From Dehalococcoidia bacterium (GTDB lineage Bacteria; Chloroflexota; Dehalococcoidia; Dehalococcoidales; W498), in the NCBI GenBank assembly GCA_011191875.1, contig DUFC01000031.1, positions 42,879 to 106,878 of the forward strand: a stretch of DNA of 64,000 bases, given 5' to 3'. Below are positions 37,310 to 47,850 of this stretch, one piece after another. The notes under the pieces are model-generated. The model did no database searches. It was not told where the DNA came from and saw only the letters and a list, made by a program, of their open reading frames with translations. Position 1 is the stretch's first letter, and every line of letters starts with the position of its first letter. Made by a program: the position numbers and the translations under genes.

Positions 37310-39142
37310 TTAGTCAGCTTTCTCCCTTCGAAAAAACTCTAGTATATCACCAACTTGAAAATCATAAAAATCTTCGATGCCCACACCACACTCATAGCCG
37401 GTAGCCACCTCCTTAACATCATCCTTAAACCGCTTCAGGCTACTAACGATAGATTCGCATACCAGTTGTTCTTGACGCTTCACCCTAACTGAAGCACCCC
37501 GAGTTACCTTACCTTCGGTAACATAGCTACCGGCTACTTTCACCTTTTTCCCACTAGAAAAGATAGCCCGCACCTCGGCTCGCCCCTCGATAACCTCACT
37601 ATATGTGGGCTCTAACATACCTTTAAGAGCCTTGCCTACATCATCTACCAAATTGTAAATGACATTATAGTTGCTGATATTTATACCTTCCGTATCAGCT
37701 AACCGCCGGGCTCCTGGCTCAATGCCGGTACCAAAACCAATAATAAGCCCATTAGATGCAATAGCTAACATAACATCACTCTCAGTAATATTGCCGCTGC
37801 CACTATGAAGAACCCTGACCCGGACTTCCTCTGTTCCTAACTGTTCCAAAGAGCTTGTTATCGGTTCAATACTACCTTGAACATCAGCCTTGAGAATAAC
37901 ATTAAGCTCTTTTACCTGACCAGCACTTATTTGGTCAAGGAGATTATTAAGGCTCACCGAAAGTCGTTGTTGCCTCTCCTGCTGACGCTTCTGTATCAAA
38001 GTCTGTGCCTGGTGTTCGCCAGCCACAGTAGCCAGGGTATCCCCCACTTGAGGTACACTATTTAAACCAAGGATTTCAACAGGGGTAGCCGGCTCAGCTT
38101 TCCTCACCTGCTTACCCATATCATTAAACATAGCCTTTACCCTTCCCCATACGGTACCAACCACAATAGTATCACTAAGCCTCAAGGTTCCTGTATGAAC
38201 CAGCACTGTAGCTAGTGGTCCCTTCGTCTTGTCCAGTTCAGCTTCGATAACTACTCCAACCGCTGGTCGAGAAGGATTTGCCTTAAGGTTCTCCACCTCA
38301 GCCACAACCAGAAGGTTCTCCAATAAGTCAGAGATGCCTATCTTCTCTCTGGCTGAGATTGGGACACAGACTGTATCACCTCCCCACTCCTCAATAAGCA
38401 AGCCGACATCAGCTAGCTGCCGCTTAACCGACTCAGCGTTAGAATTGGGCTTATCAATCTTATTAATAGCCACTACAATAGGCACCCCAGCCGCCTGGGC
38501 ATGGTCTATAGCCTCTAAAGTCTGCGGCATTACCCCATCATCGGCGGCTACTACCAAAATAGCGATATCGGTTACGTGGGCTCCACGAGCTCGCATTGCA
38601 GTAAAAGCTTCATGTCCAGGGGTATCTAAGAAGGTAATCTTCTGCCCGCTAATCTCTACCTGATAAGCACCAATATGCTGAGTAATGCCACCAGCTTCAG
38701 TGTCCATTACATTAGTTTGCCTGATAGCATCAAGTAATCTAGTCTTACCGTGATTAACATGCCCCATAATAGTAACCACAGGAGGTCGTGGTCGCAGACC
38801 ACTAAGTTCTTCATCTCGGAGCCGTTGATGCTTCTTAACCTCGCTAATAGTCCTAGCTAATCTTTGTGTTGTCCGATGCTTCAGGTGAGCTTCATAACCA
38901 AGGTTTGTAGCTACAGCAGCTGCTGCTTCATAGTCAATGACCTGGTTAATATTAGCCATAATGCCATTTCTCATCAGTTGCTTGATAATATCTATGGCAC
39001 TTATCCCGAGGAGGTCAGCCAGCTGTCTCACACTTAAGGAGTGGGGAATCTCAATTAAGTGTTTCTCCAGTGAAGAACGATCCTGGCTACCTTCCTCACC
39101 TGTTTGTTCCACAACTTCATCTGGTTTGCTCGCCTTCGCCAC
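37310..39142 (-). CDS. infB: Translation initiation factor IF-2 (short N-terminus)
   Basis: 610 aa with the G domain [17 protein letters not shown] and NKID, plus the C-terminal IF-2 domains. Confidence 0.95.
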   Translation of the reverse strand: MAKASKPDEVVEQTGEEGSQDRSSLEKHLIEIPHSLSVRQLADLLGISAIDIIKQLMRNGIMANINQVIDYEAAAAVATNLGYEAHLKHRTTQRLARTISEVKKHQRLRDEELSGLRPRPPVVTIMGHVNHGKTRLLDAIRQTNVMDTEAGGITQHIGAYQVEISGQKITFLDTPGHEAFTAMRARGAHVTDIAILVVAADDGVMPQTLEAIDHAQAAGVPIVVAINKIDKPNSNAESVKRQLADVGLLIEEWGGDTVCVPISAREKIGISDLLENLLVVAEVENLKANPSRPAVGVVIEAELDKTKGPLATVLVHTGTLRLSDTIVVGTVWGRVKAMFNDMGKQVRKAEPATPVEILGLNSVPQVGDTLATVAGEHQAQTLIQKRQQERQQRLSVSLNNLLDQISAGQVKELNVILKADVQGSIEPITSSLEQLGTEEVRVRVLHSGSGNITESDVMLAIASNGLIIGFGTGIEPGARRLADTEGINISNYNVIYNLVDDVGKALKGMLEPTYSEVIEGRAEVRAIFSSGKKVKVAGSYVTEGKVTRGASVRVKRQEQLVCESIVSSLKRFKDDVKEVATGYECGVGIEDFYDFQVGDILEFFRREKAD

Positions 39143-39168
39143 TGATTGACTCCTTTCGGAAGGTCTTT

Positions 39169-39468
39169 TTAGAACTTCTCAGCCCCGGCTGAAAAACATA
39201 GTTCTTCAGCAGTCTTCATTAGCAATTCCCGATTATCTTGGGTAAGAGTAGTGCCTAAAGCACGCTCCAGCCGACCACCCTTTAGCCCAATTTCCCAGCA
39301 CTCATCTGCTGGACACAAATAAGCACCACGCCCCGCTTTCTTCCCACTAGTATCAACCTCGACCTTCCCATCAGAAATGCACACCAAGCGTATTAACTCC
39401 CGTTTAGGTCTTACCTTACGACAAGCCACACAAGTCCTCTGCGGTATATGCTTAATACTCTTCATCAC
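39169..39468 (-). CDS. ylxR: YlxR/DUF448 RNA-binding protein
   Basis: 99 aa with [17 protein letters not shown]...GRGAYLC. It overlaps the nusA 3' end by 17 nt. Confidence 0.85.
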   Translation of the reverse strand: MMKSIKHIPQRTCVACRKVRPKRELIRLVCISDGKVEVDTSGKKAGRGAYLCPADECWEIGLKGGRLERALGTTLTQDNRELLMKTAEELCFSAGAEKF

Positions 39469-40867
39469 CTATATCTACATCAATCTCTGACTCTCGACGT
39501 AGCTTCTTCAGCCGTATGCCATCATCAGTAGTTTTCTTGCCCTGAGTGCTTTTCTTTTTCCTCTTCTTTGACTTAGCCTCTGGCTTAGCCGGTACCGATA
39601 CCAAAATATCCTCAGCAAACCGGATCGGAGGTTTTTCTATTGCTGCTTGCGGCTCAGGTGGTTCAAAAGGAACCTCCTCAAGCGCTGGTAGGGGCTCAGC
39701 CGCTTCTTCTACCGATTCGGCAAAGACTGAAGTCGAGTCAGCAGTAGCTGGTATTTCAGTAGGAAGCTCCTCGCCAACCACAACCTCTTCTTCCGCCTCA
39801 GTTGAAAGCTTAGCTTCTGCTACCTTTTCTGCCTCAGCATCAGAAGCGCTCTTGATGTCAATTCGCCACCCGGTGAGTTTAGCCGCCAGTCTGGCATTCT
39901 GCCCCTCTTTGCCAATAGCTAATGAAAGCTGCTGGTCAGGGACAACTACAGTAGCTACCCCTTCCGTATCATCCAACTCAACTTCTAATACCCGGGCTGG
40001 GCTAAGAGCATTAGTAATAAAGACAGAGGCATCTGGATCCCACATAACAACATCTATCTTTTCGCCATTTAACTCACCCACAATATTCTGTATCCTTATG
40101 CCCCGCAATCCAACACAGCAACCAACCGGGTCAACGCCCTCTTGGCATGCGGCTACAGCTACTTTGCTTCGATAGCCAGCTTCACGAGTAACTGACTTTA
40201 TTTCCACTATCCCATTAAAAACCTCGGGAACCTCCAGCTCAAAAAGCCGACGAAGTAAATTAGGGTGAGAACGCGACACCACCAGCTGAGGTCCTTTGCC
40301 GCTCCGAACTACCTCTAAAAGGTAAACCTTAAGCCTTTGACCTATCCGATACCTCTCACTGCGCACCTGCTCTACCACAGGCAGCACCGCCTCTGTTCTA
40401 CCCAAATCGATAAATATCTGCCTAGATTCAATGCGCTGGACTATGCCGGTGATAATATCGCCTTCCTTATTAGCATATTCCTCAAATATGGCACTATGCT
40501 CTGCTTCATGAAGGCGCTGCATAATGACCTGTTTTGCTGTTTGAGCAGCAATACGTCCAGCATTGCGTGGTGTAGCTTCTACCTCAATAACATCGTCAAT
40601 CTGAGCATCCGCCTTGATTCGGCGCGCTTCATCTAGCGATAGCTCGCTACGACTATCTGAAGGTAGCTCAACTACAGTCTTTTCAGCCCACACTTTAACC
40701 CCACCAGTAGTAGGATTAATCTTAACCGAAATATTCTGGTTAGCCGTAAAATTATTTTTCCTGTAAGCTGATACCAGTGCTGCCTCTATCGCTTCAATAA
40801 CTACCTCTTTAGGCAGATTCTTTTCAGCCGAGAGCTGAGTGATAGCAATCAAAAAGTCACTCTTCAT
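39452..40867 (-). CDS. nusA: Transcription termination/antitermination factor NusA with low-complexity acidic/lysine-rich C-terminal tail
   Basis: 471 aa with the N-terminal domain, S1 and two KH domains (GxxG: [10 protein letters not shown]). The last ~130 aa are E/A/P-rich and end in [14 protein letters not shown], rather than recognisable AR1/AR2 HhH repeats. Confidence 0.95.
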   Translation of the reverse strand: MKSDFLIAITQLSAEKNLPKEVVIEAIEAALVSAYRKNNFTANQNISVKINPTTGGVKVWAEKTVVELPSDSRSELSLDEARRIKADAQIDDVIEVEATPRNAGRIAAQTAKQVIMQRLHEAEHSAIFEEYANKEGDIITGIVQRIESRQIFIDLGRTEAVLPVVEQVRSERYRIGQRLKVYLLEVVRSGKGPQLVVSRSHPNLLRRLFELEVPEVFNGIVEIKSVTREAGYRSKVAVAACQEGVDPVGCCVGLRGIRIQNIVGELNGEKIDVVMWDPDASVFITNALSPARVLEVELDDTEGVATVVVPDQQLSLAIGKEGQNARLAAKLTGWRIDIKSASDAEAEKVAEAKLSTEAEEEVVVGEELPTEIPATADSTSVFAESVEEAAEPLPALEEVPFEPPEPQAAIEKPPIRFAEDILVSVPAKPEAKSKKRKKKSTQGKKTTDDGIRLKKLRRESEIDVDIGDEEY

Positions 40868-40912
40868 CTCAGATTAGAACCTCCAATTCTACTATGCCCC
40901 CACACAATAAAA

Positions 40913-40931
40913 AAGTGGGGGAAACCCACTT
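40913..40931 (-). terminator. Intrinsic terminator downstream of the endoIII-like gene, in the nusA leader
   Basis: Minus-strand RNA reads AAGUGGG-uuucc-CCCACUU followed by UUUUAUU. The CCCCCAC arm can alternatively pair with the downstream GUGGGGG (plus-strand coordinates 40897-40903 and 40915-40921). Confidence 0.5.
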
Positions 40932-41037
40932 CACTAATTAACCTTCGTTGTAAATATAGTGTATCACAATCAAGCTTGAGATGCAAACTTTTTAAAGAGA
41001 CTTTGCTCCTTCAAACTTCCCTTTTATCAAATAATAC

Positions 41038-41724
41038 CTATTTACCTGAATGGAGCATATTAATATGAAAGTGGCAAATACTTTTAAGGCAACATTGATG
41101 ACAAAGGGGGTGGTTGCGGCAGACGCTCTTACCCAGGTAGACCAGCAAGGCATGGTATTCATTAAATAGCTGGGTATCAGCCGGCAGATTATTCATAAAG
41201 AGGTTTTGATAGGCATTGTAGCTGTTGCTATCGGGGACTAAACCAATGCGGTTGATGATACGACGGGTATAAGCATCAATGACAAAAATTGGCTTGTTAG
41301 CAGCATAAAGTATTATGGAGTCGGCTGTCTCCTGCCCAACGCCATAGACAGAAAGAAGCTGTTGGCGGAGATAGTCGGTATCATTGGTAAACAGTTTACT
41401 AAAGTCATCATTATAATTTTCTCCCAGCCAACGGACAAAGGACTTAAGCTTTAGTGCCTTGGCGTTATAGTAACCGCAGGGGCGGATAAGTCCAGCCACT
41501 TCGGGGAGGGTTAACCGGCGCAGTGCTTCTGGTAATAGTACCTTGGCTGATTTTAAGTTGGCTATAGCCTTTTCTACATTACCCCAGGCGGCGGACTGGG
41601 TAAGAATAGCACCAACTATTATCTCAAACGGCTCCGGTGCTGGCCACCAGTGCTGCGCTCCATAACGAGCCATAAGTCGGTGGTAGATGTTCTGTATTGA
41701 TTGGCTTACCGACTGGTTATCCAT
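41038..41724 (-). CDS. Endonuclease III-like HhH-GPD family protein with Fe-S cluster loop
   Basis: 228 aa with an HhH-GPD core (ILTQSAAWGNVEKA...VYGVGQETADSIILYA) and the C-terminal cysteines CRNHPLCHQCCLKSIC. Confidence 0.75.
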   Translation of the reverse strand: MDNQSVSQSIQNIYHRLMARYGAQHWWPAPEPFEIIVGAILTQSAAWGNVEKAIANLKSAKVLLPEALRRLTLPEVAGLIRPCGYYNAKALKLKSFVRWLGENYNDDFSKLFTNDTDYLRQQLLSVYGVGQETADSIILYAANKPIFVIDAYTRRIINRIGLVPDSNSYNAYQNLFMNNLPADTQLFNEYHALLVYLGKSVCRNHPLCHQCCLKSICHFHINMLHSGK

Positions 41725-42167
41725 GGTGGCACTTTACTATCAGTTACCGAATCATATCTAGGGATATAGGGTTTAATATCAATTACCGGTGTGCCATCAA
41801 TGGCATCAAGTCCCTCAACCTTGAGGATATTACCCCGGCGCTGGAGTAATCTAACCGTAGCCTTGCCTATCGGGTTCGGTCTATATGGCGCCCTAGTGGC
41901 AAAAAGCCCCACCAGAGGAAGTTCATACCTGCCTCTTGGGTGAACCTTAGCCGGTACCTGGCTAAGAGCAGGAACTTGGTGCATCCAGTAGAGGACTATG
42001 ATATGAGAAAAATCGTCCAGATTATCCAGAGCCGCGGTGAGGCTACCATCAATTACAATATCGGAGACAATTTCTCTACAGTCCTGCCTTGATGTTTGCT
42101 TAATTTCACTCCGGACGATACCAATAGCTTTTAAGGTCATGCTAGGCAGTTCACTGGTCATGTTCAA
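41706..42167 (-). CDS. trmO: TsaA/YaeB-family tRNA methyltransferase (TrmO-like)
   Basis: 153 aa with UPF0066 family motifs (FSHIIVLYWMH, RPNPIG, GTPVIDIKPY). It overlaps the next gene by 19 nt. Confidence 0.8.
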   Translation of the reverse strand: MNMTSELPSMTLKAIGIVRSEIKQTSRQDCREIVSDIVIDGSLTAALDNLDDFSHIIVLYWMHQVPALSQVPAKVHPRGRYELPLVGLFATRAPYRPNPIGKATVRLLQRRGNILKVEGLDAIDGTPVIDIKPYIPRYDSVTDSKVPPWITSR

Positions 42168-42212
42168 TGCTTCCCACTGGTCATTATAACAGCATAACTA
42201 AAACAAATGAAG

Positions 42213-42238
42213 AGAGGCTGCCTTTTAAAGCAGCCTCT
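42213..42238 (-). terminator. Terminator-like hairpin after the HMGL-like gene
   Basis: AGAGGCTGC / GCAGCCTCT is a 9-bp stem with an 8-nt loop. On the minus strand it is followed by a T-rich tract (CTTCATTTGTTTT). Confidence 0.5.
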
Positions 42239-42258
42239 TGGTTATTTCTAAACAATAA

Positions 42259-43497
42259 CTACTCCAGTGGAGCAAGAGTTAAGAGTTTCTTGGCAATTTT
42301 TGGATACTTGGCTATAAAGAGCAATTCATCCTCAACGAGAGGCCTTTGTGATTCTACATTAGCATATCGTACCAGCTCCAAAACTTCATTAGCCTCTTCT
42401 CTATTAGTAAACGATACCTCTATCTTCCCCATTATATGGCTAAAACCCGATATTCCACTATACTCACCAGTGCAAATTTCTCTCCCGGTTTCCACGAACT
42501 CTGGTTCACCCCTACCCAGCTCTCCATAACCATACAGTTCATAGTTATGCGGGTCTTTTAATACGCCGTCAGCATGTATGCCAGATTCATGAGCAAAGGC
42601 ATTAGCGCCAACCCCGGGTTGGTTTATTGGAATCGGCACCCCAAAGGCGTAACTGGCAAACTTAGCTATTTCCCATCCCTTAGATAAATCAATTGAACGT
42701 CCCAACTTATATTTATCAGCAAACCCCTTTGATTTGGTCACAGCTAGAATGGTCGCCACAAGGTCGGCATTCCCCGCCCTTTCCCCGAGACCGTTTAGGG
42801 TGGTATTGATATAAACATCCTGCCCACCATCTATAGCCCCTTTGGCTCCAGCGAGAGAATTAGCCACAGCTAACCCCAAATCACCGTGGCAATGAGTCTC
42901 AATAGCTATGCCGATATTTTCGGCCAATGTCTTGATAGTTTCATAGCTAGTGAAGGGGTTATCATAACCGAGGGTATCACAGTACCTGAATCTATCAGCC
43001 CCGTGTTCTTTACCGGCAAGTCCGAATTTGATTAGGAAATCCAGGTCTGTCCGTGAGGCATCTTCGGCATTGACACCTATGCTCTCAGCGCCAAGAGCCC
43101 GAGCGGCATCAACTGCCTCAACCATAGTATTTAAGATGTCATCCTTCGTCTTTCTCCCTTGAAACTTACCTTTGATCATCTGGTCTGATGTAGATATCGA
43201 GAGATTTAGATGACGGATATTAGGTACTAGCTTAAAGGCTGTCTCAACATCATCGACGATGGCTCTTATCCACCCTTCCAAACGGATAGGCTGCAGGGCT
43301 CCAATCTCAGCTAGTTCCAGATTGGCTTGCAGGTAAAGGGATTCGTGCCTAGTGGTAGGGAAGCCAAACTCTGACTGAAAGACCCCCATCTCATTCAGGT
43401 ATATATTTATCATGGTTTTTTCAAGCTTAGATAAACCAAGCTTCGCTGTCTGCACTCCATCCCTATTGGTTACATCAATAAAATAAATCTTGGGCAC
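42259..43497 (-). CDS. HMGL-like (DRE-TIM) acyl-CoA condensing enzyme of the isopropylmalate/homocitrate/Re-citrate synthase family
   Basis: 412 aa. The N-terminal DVTNRDGVQT corresponds to the DxTLRDGxQ motif, and the metal ligands lie in HCHGDLGLAVANSLAG. No LeuA C-terminal regulatory domain is present. Confidence 0.75.
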   Translation of the reverse strand: MPKIYFIDVTNRDGVQTAKLGLSKLEKTMINIYLNEMGVFQSEFGFPTTRHESLYLQANLELAEIGALQPIRLEGWIRAIVDDVETAFKLVPNIRHLNLSISTSDQMIKGKFQGRKTKDDILNTMVEAVDAARALGAESIGVNAEDASRTDLDFLIKFGLAGKEHGADRFRYCDTLGYDNPFTSYETIKTLAENIGIAIETHCHGDLGLAVANSLAGAKGAIDGGQDVYINTTLNGLGERAGNADLVATILAVTKSKGFADKYKLGRSIDLSKGWEIAKFASYAFGVPIPINQPGVGANAFAHESGIHADGVLKDPHNYELYGYGELGRGEPEFVETGREICTGEYSGISGFSHIMGKIEVSFTNREEANEVLELVRYANVESQRPLVEDELLFIAKYPKIAKKLLTLAPLE

Positions 43498-43643
43498 AAT
43501 CTTACTCCCGTTGGAAACTCAGAAAACCTGATAATAACATATATTTACCACCCTTAGCAAGTATATTTTGCTTTGGACGACTACGCTTGGCTTTACTTCT
43601 GTGCTAAAATAGCTACGTTAGACTGCTTTTATCAGGGAGAATC

Positions 43644-45338
43644 ATGGACGAACTGGGACTTGGTCTTGACCTAATCATTGTCTTAGCTGTTGCTATAGCT
43701 GGGGGTATGTTAGCCCGCCGATTGAGGCTACCCATCATCTTAGGCTATTTAGTAGGGGGCATTGCTGTCGGTCCCTATGGCTTTGGCTTAGTTCAGGACC
43801 AGGAGACAATCCGTACTCTAGCTAATATCGGCGTAATCCTGCTCTTGTTCACCCTGGGGCTTGAGTTCTCTTTGAGCGAACTCAAGCGAATTGGCAAGGT
43901 CGCCATTTTAGGTGGCATAGCTCAGATATTGCTTACTGCAGCGGTAGGCTTAGCTTTGGGCAAGTTGCTAGGCTGGGCGATGCTTGAAGCTATCTTCTTT
44001 GGCTTTCTCATTGCTCTTAGTAGCACCATGATTGTTCTTAAAACCCTTATGGAGCGAGGAGAGCTTGACTCAGGGCACGGTCGGGTTATGATAGGAATTC
44101 TTCTGGTGCAAGACCTGAGCCTAGTGCCCCTCATGATAATTTTACCAACTATGGGTGGGGGAGGAGGAGAATTGTGGTTATCTTTAGGAATGGCCACTCT
44201 CAAGACACTACTTTTTATTGGGGTGATGCTGGTTCTGGGTATATGGGTATTACCCTGGCTACTGAGATGGGTGGCAGGGACGCGCTCCCGCGAATTATTC
44301 TTGCTCATTGTGGTCGCCTTGTGTTTAGGAGCAGCCTTTGGTGCTTTCCACTTAGAACTATCCCCCGCCGTTGGTGCTTTTATTACCGGATTATTGATTG
44401 GTCAGTCGGCTTTTGCCCGTCAGGCTTTTGCTGATATTGTCCCCCTGCGCGATACCTTCGGTGCCCTCTTTTTTGTTTCCCTGGGCATGCTTGCTTCCCT
44501 AGATTTTGTAGTGGAGCGTCCAATCACCGTTGCCGTAGTGGTAATAGCCATAATTGTGATTAAATTTATCATCTGCTTCCTTGTCCCCTGGCTTTTTAAT
44601 TATAGTTTCAAGACGGCGCTATTTACTGGTATGGGGCTATTACAGATAGGCGAGTTCAGCTTTGTCCTGGCTGGGATGGGTATGAAAGCCGGTATTATCA
44701 CCTCAGATATTTACTCTCTGACCTTAACCAGCGCCATCATCACTATGTTGCTAACTCCTTTTACTCTAAGTTTTGCTTCACTCCTTTATCAAAGGCTTAG
44801 CCAGAAAATGAGACTAGAGCGGCTAGTGGCATCTCGTCTTGATCCAGATTGGCAGAGTGAGCAACGGCAATTATCGGGACACGCTGTAATTTGCGGTTAT
44901 GGTCGTGTTGGGCGTAATCTGGCAAAGGTTCTGGAGCGGCGGAATCTTTCCTACCTAGCTATTGACCTTAACCCTCAAATCATCTCACAATTACATGCCA
45001 GGGGGATTCCCTGTATCTATGGAGATGCCAGTAATCGTGAGATACTCGGCCACGCTCAGCTTAAGAAGGCCCGTGTCCTTATTTGCACCTTCCCTGATTT
45101 TATGGCTGTGGAATTAACCACTAGAAATGCCCTGAAAATCAACCCCAAGCTTGATATAGTGGCTCGGGTTCACCATGATGCCGATGCTGAACTGCTAAAG
45201 GGCATTGGTGTTGCTGAATTAGTCCTTCCTGAGTTTGAAGTCAGCCTGGAGATAATCCGCCACACCCTGCACAGGTTTGGCTTAACCATCCTCGAGATTC
45301 AACATATCCTGTGTGGTCTCAGGGGAGATAAGGGCTAG
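43644..45338 (+). CDS. CPA2 (Kef-type) cation:proton antiporter with C-terminal RCK/TrkA-N domain
   Basis: 564 aa with about 12 TM helices followed by the Rossmann motif VICGYGRVGRNLA. Confidence 0.85.
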   Translation: MDELGLGLDLIIVLAVAIAGGMLARRLRLPIILGYLVGGIAVGPYGFGLVQDQETIRTLANIGVILLLFTLGLEFSLSELKRIGKVAILGGIAQILLTAAVGLALGKLLGWAMLEAIFFGFLIALSSTMIVLKTLMERGELDSGHGRVMIGILLVQDLSLVPLMIILPTMGGGGGELWLSLGMATLKTLLFIGVMLVLGIWVLPWLLRWVAGTRSRELFLLIVVALCLGAAFGAFHLELSPAVGAFITGLLIGQSAFARQAFADIVPLRDTFGALFFVSLGMLASLDFVVERPITVAVVVIAIIVIKFIICFLVPWLFNYSFKTALFTGMGLLQIGEFSFVLAGMGMKAGIITSDIYSLTLTSAIITMLLTPFTLSFASLLYQRLSQKMRLERLVASRLDPDWQSEQRQLSGHAVICGYGRVGRNLAKVLERRNLSYLAIDLNPQIISQLHARGIPCIYGDASNREILGHAQLKKARVLICTFPDFMAVELTTRNALKINPKLDIVARVHHDADAELLKGIGVAELVLPEFEVSLEIIRHTLHRFGLTILEIQHILCGLRGDKG

Positions 45339-45388
45339 TATAAATTTGCGGTGAGCTTGTGATATACTAAATCGAAGTCAGGTAAAAG

Positions 45389-46429
45389 GTGAGTAAAACA
45401 AAAGTAGGCATTATCAATGTTACTGGTTACGCTGGTGTTGAGCTGGCAAGACTGCTGTATCAGCATCCAGAGGTTGAGCTCGCTTCAGTTACCGGACGGA
45501 GTGCTGCCGGGCAAAGGTTAGGTGAGGTCTTTCCCCACCTGGCTAGCCTAGACCTAACTATTAAAGCTGAACTGAGCGATGTTGATTTGGTCTTTTCAGC
45601 TATGCCGCATAGGGAAAGTGCTAAAGAGGTCATACCATTTCTCAACCGTGGCACTAGGGTGGTGGATATTAGCGCCGATTTCAGGTTAAAGGACACCGCT
45701 GAATACTGGCACTGGTATGGTTTTACTCACCCTGCCCCACAACTACTTGAACAAGCGGTGTATGGGCTAACCGAGCTATACCGGTCTCAAGTCACTTATG
45801 CCCAACTGGTGGCTAACCCTGGTTGTTACCCCACCGGTGCTATTCTGGCTTTAGCCCCGGTAGTTAAGACGGGTCTGATTGAGCCGGATATTATTATTGA
45901 TAGCAAGTCTGGCGTGTCCGGAGCCGGCCGAACCCTAACTGCACAAACTCATTACTCAGAAGCCAATGAAGATGCTACTGCCTATGCTCTGGACGGACAT
46001 AGACATCTGCCTGAAATTATTCAGGAGCTAAAGCTGCTTAGTCCTGAACAACTACCCTCGGTAACCTTTGTTCCCCATCTGATACCGATGACCAGGGGAA
46101 TATTAACTACCGGCTATGCCCCATTAGCCTCAGGCACCATCTCTATCGACAAAAAGGGAGAAGAAGAACTGAGGCAGCTTTATCGGGACTTCTACAAGGA
46201 TGAGCCCTTTGTCAAAGTGGTAGACTTCTCTCCCCATACCAAGCACACTCAGGGGAACAACCTTTGTCTTATTCACCCTACTATTGACTACAGGACAGGA
46301 AATCTCATTGTCATTAGCTGTATCGACAACCTGGTCAAGGGAGCAGCGGGACAAGCCATCCAGAACATGAACCTTATGCTCGGTTTACCTGAAGCAACCG
46401 GTCTTCAAGCACTATCCATCTACCCCTGA
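45389..46429 (+). CDS. argC: N-acetyl-gamma-glutamyl-phosphate reductase
   Basis: 346 aa with a GTG start, N-terminal GYAG and the active-site Cys in ANPGCYPTG. Confidence 0.9.
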   Translation: MSKTKVGIINVTGYAGVELARLLYQHPEVELASVTGRSAAGQRLGEVFPHLASLDLTIKAELSDVDLVFSAMPHRESAKEVIPFLNRGTRVVDISADFRLKDTAEYWHWYGFTHPAPQLLEQAVYGLTELYRSQVTYAQLVANPGCYPTGAILALAPVVKTGLIEPDIIIDSKSGVSGAGRTLTAQTHYSEANEDATAYALDGHRHLPEIIQELKLLSPEQLPSVTFVPHLIPMTRGILTTGYAPLASGTISIDKKGEEELRQLYRDFYKDEPFVKVVDFSPHTKHTQGNNLCLIHPTIDYRTGNLIVISCIDNLVKGAAGQAIQNMNLMLGLPEATGLQALSIYP

Positions 46430-46564
46430 AGCACTACGCATCTCGGGTCTTTAATGAGGGATTTACTATATGTCCTTCCTTGATAAGTATTTTCCCGATA
46501 CTTGAAACCCTACTACTATTGCCTACTGGCTCTACCCCTGTTATCCTTATTAAAGTGAGCAAAG

Positions 46565-47842
46565 GTGGGAAGTAATACTGACGCACATACCAGCGCCAAA
46601 GAGTTTCATGGTGTAGATTACATCAAGATTACTATCTTGGGCTTTGGTCTGTCTGCCCTGTGGGCGTGCTTTCATACCATTATCCTCCAGGATATAGTCC
46701 CAGCCTTGGTTCCCGAAGGACTGAAGCATACCTACCTTGGCCTTCTTATCTCTGCTGGCGCAGTCATAGCCATGGCTACCCAGCCGATTGTCGGAACGAT
46801 TAGCGACCGCTCTGGCTTTGCCTGGGGGCGCCGACGACCCTATATCCTGCTTGGCATCACACTAGCTTTGCTGTTTCTGCCCGGAATAGGCTTCTGTAGT
46901 AGTTATGCTGTTCTCTTCATCATCTACTGCTTAATGCAAATTAGTACTAATACAGCACAGGGACCGTTCCAGGCATTTATTCCCGACCTGGTGCCTGAGG
47001 GAAAGAGGGGGCGAGCCTCAGGGGTGAGGAATCTACTAAACATTGTAGGTGGCGCTGTTCTGATAGGCGTGATAGGTCGCTTTATGGGACACTACTCCGC
47101 CGGTGAGGGGAGTTCCTGGCTATGGCTAAGCTTAGGGGCACTGGCTATTGTCATGCTGGGGGTTATGCTGGTCACGGTTTTAACAGTTAAGGAACGACCT
47201 GGGGCTGGTGGTCGTCAACTGCCCTTATTACCAACCCTGTATAAGAGCTTCAAGATTGATATTAAGGCTAATCGTGATTTTACGATTTTTCTAGTAGCTT
47301 GCCTATTCATTTTTGCCCCATGGGCAGCTTTACAAACATTTGCCTTACCTTTCCTCAAGCATGTTGTCGGTATACCTAATCCAGAGGCAGCCACCGCCGA
47401 CCTTATAATAGTGATTACCGTCTGTATATTAGCTACGGTTTATCCTACCGGGCGTTTATCTGACAGAGTAGGGCGCAAGCCAGTTATGCTCCCCGCCTGC
47501 TTACTCAGCGCTTTAGGGATTGTAGCGCTATTTTTCTCCCAAAGCTATACGCATATATTGCTCTGCGGTGCTCTTCTCGGAATCTCAGGTGGAGCCTGGA
47601 TGAGTTCTCAGTGGGCTCTGGCTATAGATTTAGTGGGTAAGGGTGAGGAAGCAAGATACCTTGGTCTGGTTAATCTAGTTATATGTGGAGGAGGCGTCCT
47701 GGGACGCCTCCCTGTTGGAGGGGCGATTGATTTCTTTAATGCCCTTAGCCCTAACCTGGGCTACTCAGTTATGTTTCTATTTTGTTTTATCTGTTTTATT
47801 GTCGGCTCGTTGCTGCTGCTGAAAATTAAGGAGATTAAGTAA
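46565..47842 (+). CDS. MFS transporter
   Basis: 425 aa with 12 predicted TM helices. The loop 2-3 motif GTISDRSGFAWGRRRP and a second SDRVGRKP are present. Confidence 0.8.
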   Translation: MGSNTDAHTSAKEFHGVDYIKITILGFGLSALWACFHTIILQDIVPALVPEGLKHTYLGLLISAGAVIAMATQPIVGTISDRSGFAWGRRRPYILLGITLALLFLPGIGFCSSYAVLFIIYCLMQISTNTAQGPFQAFIPDLVPEGKRGRASGVRNLLNIVGGAVLIGVIGRFMGHYSAGEGSSWLWLSLGALAIVMLGVMLVTVLTVKERPGAGGRQLPLLPTLYKSFKIDIKANRDFTIFLVACLFIFAPWAALQTFALPFLKHVVGIPNPEAATADLIIVITVCILATVYPTGRLSDRVGRKPVMLPACLLSALGIVALFFSQSYTHILLCGALLGISGGAWMSSQWALAIDLVGKGEEARYLGLVNLVICGGGVLGRLPVGGAIDFFNALSPNLGYSVMFLFCFICFIVGSLLLLKIKEIK

Positions 47843-47850
47843 AAACTGCC

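Noticed and set aside
39546-40175. 209-aa plus-strand ORF antisense to the nusA 3' region
   Set aside because: It mirrors the low-complexity acidic tail of NusA (an S/A/G/T-rich product). No start context or domain is evident.
43922-44308. 128-aa antisense ORF within the Kef-type antiporter gene
   Set aside because: It is a P/R/S-rich product opposite a well-formed TM-helix-encoding frame. It is an artefact.
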